Source of the DNA: Schmidtea polychroa
Taxonomy: Eukaryota
NCBI GenBank assembly: GCA_044892525.1
Contig: CM097887.1
Coordinates: 80,206,397-80,270,396 of the forward strand
DNA length: 64,000 bases
Direction of reading: 5' to 3'
The translations under genes were made by a program, and so were the position numbers. Positions 60,541 to 64,000 of the stretch are shown here, one piece after another; within the stretch, counting starts at the first letter, position 1, and each line of letters begins with the position of its first letter. The notes under the pieces were generated by a model. It saw nothing but the letters and a program-made list of their open reading frames with translations. It did no database searches and was not told the DNA's origin.

Positions 60541-62041
60541 ATGTTGTCAGTTTTACGACAAATTAGCCATGCAAAATCGGTATAGCAAACAATTGTTATT
60601 TAAATTTAACATATTATATTAGGCCTTTTCTTCAAAAATATCGGTAGTTCAACTTTCAAAATATTTCAGTCATTATTCATGTCACGATGAAAGGAAGCAG
60701 ACCTCTCCGGTTTGGGCTTGGAATGAATGGGATCCACTGGAAGAAGTTGTTGTCGGTGTTCCAAATAATGCAACTTTACCATTTCCATCACAGGAAGTAG
60801 CAGTAAGTAGTGAAACTTTGCGTTCGTTTCTTCAATAATTTGTAGGCCACATTTGGACCCCCTAGACTTCCATTTTTTCAAAAACATGGTGGGAAAAAAT
60901 TCTCACAAGTTATGGGCCAAGATATGTGGGGGAAAATTGAAAATGAAATAAAAGAATTAGTAAGAGTATTAGAGGGAGAGGGCGTGAAAGTTGTTCAACC
61001 GGAGGCCATAAATTACGATCAAAAGTGGACTACGCCAAAGTTTTCTTCCACAGGCATTAGGATTTATGTAATTTATTAATTTGTATAAAAATTTTATAGG
61101 TTTGTATGCTGCTATGCCAAGAGATTTTTTGCTTATTGTTGGCGATGAAATCATCGAATCCCCTATGGCTTGGAGATGTAGATATTTTGAATATGAAGCT
61201 TACAGGCCTCTTATTCGAAAATATTTTAATGATGGAGCCAGGTGGACATCAGCTCCTAAATGCACCATGGAAGACGCTCTTTACGATATGGTTGAGAATA
61301 ACATATAGACCATTATTATTATTACTATTGTATTTTATTTAAGGAATTCGATGTCGCGCAAGAGAAACCCTTCGTGTATGTAACAACTGAATTAGAACCA
61401 TGTTTTGATGCGGCTGATTTTACAAGAATTGGCAGGGATATTTTTGGTCAAAGAAGTCATGTAAATTTATCTATAGGAGTATTTTACATTTAAATGAATG
61501 TCAGGTGACAAACAAAAAGGCTATTCAATGGCTCCGACGTCATTTGGCTCCTAGTGGAATCAGAGTCCATGACATAGAATTCGACTCTCTCTATTCAATG
61601 CATATTGATACCAACTTTTTCCCTGTGAAGCCTGGTATGTTTTTGCTTAAAGATGGACTCAATTGTAAAACCCCGGATCTATTAAAAAATTCTAAATGGG
61701 ACATAGTGACTATGCCAAAAGGACCTCACCGAGATGGTAATGAATATTTGCAAAAGATTTAACTTGAAGGTTTTGTAGAGCATTACAAATGGATGAATTA
61801 TCACGGATTACCGAACAATATGCTCAGTATAGATACAGAAAGGATCCTAGTTGAGAAAACTGAAGAATACATGATAAAATTCATGCAAGAAATTGGATTC
61901 AAACCGATTCCAGTTTCTCTTCAATTTGCTAATAACCTTGGAGGTGGTTTCCACTGCTGGACTGCAGACATTAGAAGGCGAGGTAAATTAGAAAGCTATT
62001 TTGAGTGGCCAGATGAGATTTTGGAGCGACTGACCCCATAA
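60541..62041 (+). CDS. GATM: Glycine amidinotransferase (AGAT)-like, mitochondrial; exons 60541-60579, 60623-60802, 60846-61053, 61100-61290, 61344-61460, 61505-61736, 61779-62041; 409 aa
   Basis: The spliced length is 1230 nt. Motifs [30 protein letters not shown] and LGGGFHCWT are present, with a transit-peptide-like N-terminus [18 protein letters not shown]. Introns are 42-53 bp, one of them GC-AG. Confidence 0.92.
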
Positions 62042-62979
62042 TTTGGAAATATTAAATTATAAAATACTTTAAAAGTTATTTTTGTAAAATTTTTGTTTTG
62101 ATGATTTTTTTACTTGATGTTTTATTTAAATTTAAATATGTTTGTGATTTTCCTATGCTATGTGACTTTGTCTCGACAGATCACTTATTGTTTAACGTTA
62201 ATTATTCATTTGAATTAAGTGTTCACGTTACCCTGGGCATATATAAACTGTAAACGAGTATACTCTGGTGGAAATAAAATGAAACGGGCAGCGCAGAACT
62301 CCATTATATTTAATATGGAGTTTGCCCGATTTTGCTTTTTTTATTGCCCAAGTATACTCGGGTAAGACCGTAAAACGGTTACTCATACACTTGTATCTCA
62401 TTTCACATGTGTTTGTTAANNNNNNNNNNNNNNNNNNNNNNNNNNNNNNNNNNNNNNNNNNNNNNNNNNNNNNNNNNNNNNNNNNNNNNNNNNNNNNNNN
62501 NNNNNNNNNNNNNNNNNNNNNNNNNNNNNNNNNNNNNNNNNNNNNNNNNNNNNNNNNNNNNNNNNNNNNNNNNNNNNNNNNNNNNNNNNNNNNNNNNNNN
62601 NNNNNNNNNNNNNNNNNNNNNNNNNNNNNNNNNNNNNNNNNNNNNNNNNNNNNNNNATTCTTAATTTTCCGACTAATTTTTTATTTACTATTATTAAATA
62701 ACAAATTTTAGTTAGTCTGTACACTTTAAAAACCAAGAGCAAGGGAAAAAAGGAATGTATTAAAGAGTAAAACTAAAGGCATCATAAAATTTAGCATGAC
62801 GGACACTAAAAAATCATGTTGTTCCCTCTTGAATATGGGTATTGATTTTTATCTTTTCTAAATTTCTAACCCCTGACACAACAACCTTTCCGCTACTGAA
62901 AATATTAACACATGTAGAATTATATTTAAAGTCACAGAGCAGGAAATAATTCGGGTTCGAACATGCATTAGTAGGTAGT

Positions 62980-63100
62980 TAGTGGCGTACGGCAGCAATG
63001 ACCCCCCCGGGGGGGGGTCATTGCTGCCGTAATTTTTTGCTGCAACTTTTTATGACGCAATTGCTGCCGTAGGCCACACATATTTTTTTCAATACATTTA
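62980..63100. mobile_element. Probable hAT-like terminus containing a perfect hairpin
   Basis: TAGTGGCGTAC start resembles CAGTGGCGTA-type hAT TIRs. A 21-bp perfect inverted repeat spans 62988-63031. Confidence 0.45.
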
Positions 63101-64000
63101 GATAGGCCCTATACAAAAAGGTGGTCTACACTAAAAAAGCATAGAATTTTCACACTATAGTGAGGGGGTCTCGATGGTCCTGGGATTTTCAATACAAAAA
63201 AAATTTTTTCAATACAAAAAGGTGGTCTACACTAAAAAAGCCAAGGATTTATCACACTATAGTGAGGGGGTCTCGATGGTCCTGGGATTTTCAATACAAA
63301 AAATTTTTTTCAATACAAAAATCCGACTACCACTAAAAAAGCATGGAATTTTCACACTATAGTGAGGGGGTCTCGATGGTCCTGGGATTTTCAATACAAA
63401 AATCCGACTACCACTGAAAAAGCATAGAATTTTCACACTATAGTGAGGGGGTCTCGATGGTCCTGGGATTTTCAATACAAAAAAAATTTTTTCAATACAA
63501 AAAGGTGGTCTACACTAAAAAAGCCAAGGATTTATCACACTATAGTGAGGGGGTCTCGATGGTCCTGGGATTTTCAATACAAAAAATTTTTTTCAATACA
63601 AAAATCCGACTACCACTAAAAAAGCATGGAATTTTCACACTATAGTGAGGGGGTCTCGATGGTCCTGGGATTTTCAATACAAAAATCCGACTACCACTAA
63701 AAAAGCATAGAATTTTCACACTATAGTGAGGGGGTCTCGATGGTCCTGGGATTTTCAATACAAAAAAAATTTTTTCAATACAAAAAGGTGGTCTACACTA
63801 AAAAAGCCAAGGATTTATCACACTATAGTGAGGGGGTCTCGATGGTCCTGGGATTTTCAATACAAAAAATTTTTTTCAATACAAAAATCCGACTACCACT
63901 AAAAAAGCATGGAATTTTCACACTATAGTGAGGGGGTCTCGATGGTCCTGGGATTTTCAATACAAAAATCCGACTACCACTAAAAAAGCATGGAATTTTC
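63100..64000. repeat. Satellite with a 283-bp higher-order repeat (102+100+81-bp monomers), continuing past the window edge
   Basis: The core CACACTATAGTGAGGGGGTCTCGATGGTCCTGGGATTTTCAATACAAAAA starts at 63151, 63253, 63353, 63434, 63536, 63636, 63717, 63819 and 63919. Confidence 0.93.

Noticed and set aside
63151-63162. ACACTATAG resembling an SP6 promoter or vector sequence
   Set aside because: It is only a 9-bp match inside the satellite monomer, with no other vector sequence.
63174-63928. Repeated identical 62-72 aa ORFs
   Set aside because: They are by-products of the 283-bp satellite period, which is not a multiple of 3.

Overview
AT-rich animal genomic DNA with N gaps and 42-53 bp introns. 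The innexin style and the transposon mix suggest a flatworm, possibly a triclad (inference only). Four host genes can be read: a two-exon innexin (12497-15145 +), an intronless secreted PAN/C-type-lectin-like gene (27328-28023 +), a multi-exon L1/neuroglian-like Ig adhesion gene (about 47541-54510 -) and a seven-exon glycine-amidinotransferase-like gene (60541-62041 +). The rest is mostly mobile DNA: Gypsy and BEL/Pao LTR remnants, solo LTRs, Penelope RT, several hAT MITEs with exact 8-bp TSDs, a full-length Buster hAT with an open 639-aa transposase, a foldback-like DD34E Tc1/IS630 element, microsatellites and a 283-bp higher-order satellite. The most unusual observations are a ubiquitin-like segment directly upstream of a BEL/Pao gag, a GC-rich island with two orphan ORFs each preceded by a splice acceptor, an amidinotransferase with an intact catalytic triad but remodelled substrate residues, and a six-copy array of PBS-derived hairpins in a Gypsy leader. 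All protein assignments are by eye; no database search was run.
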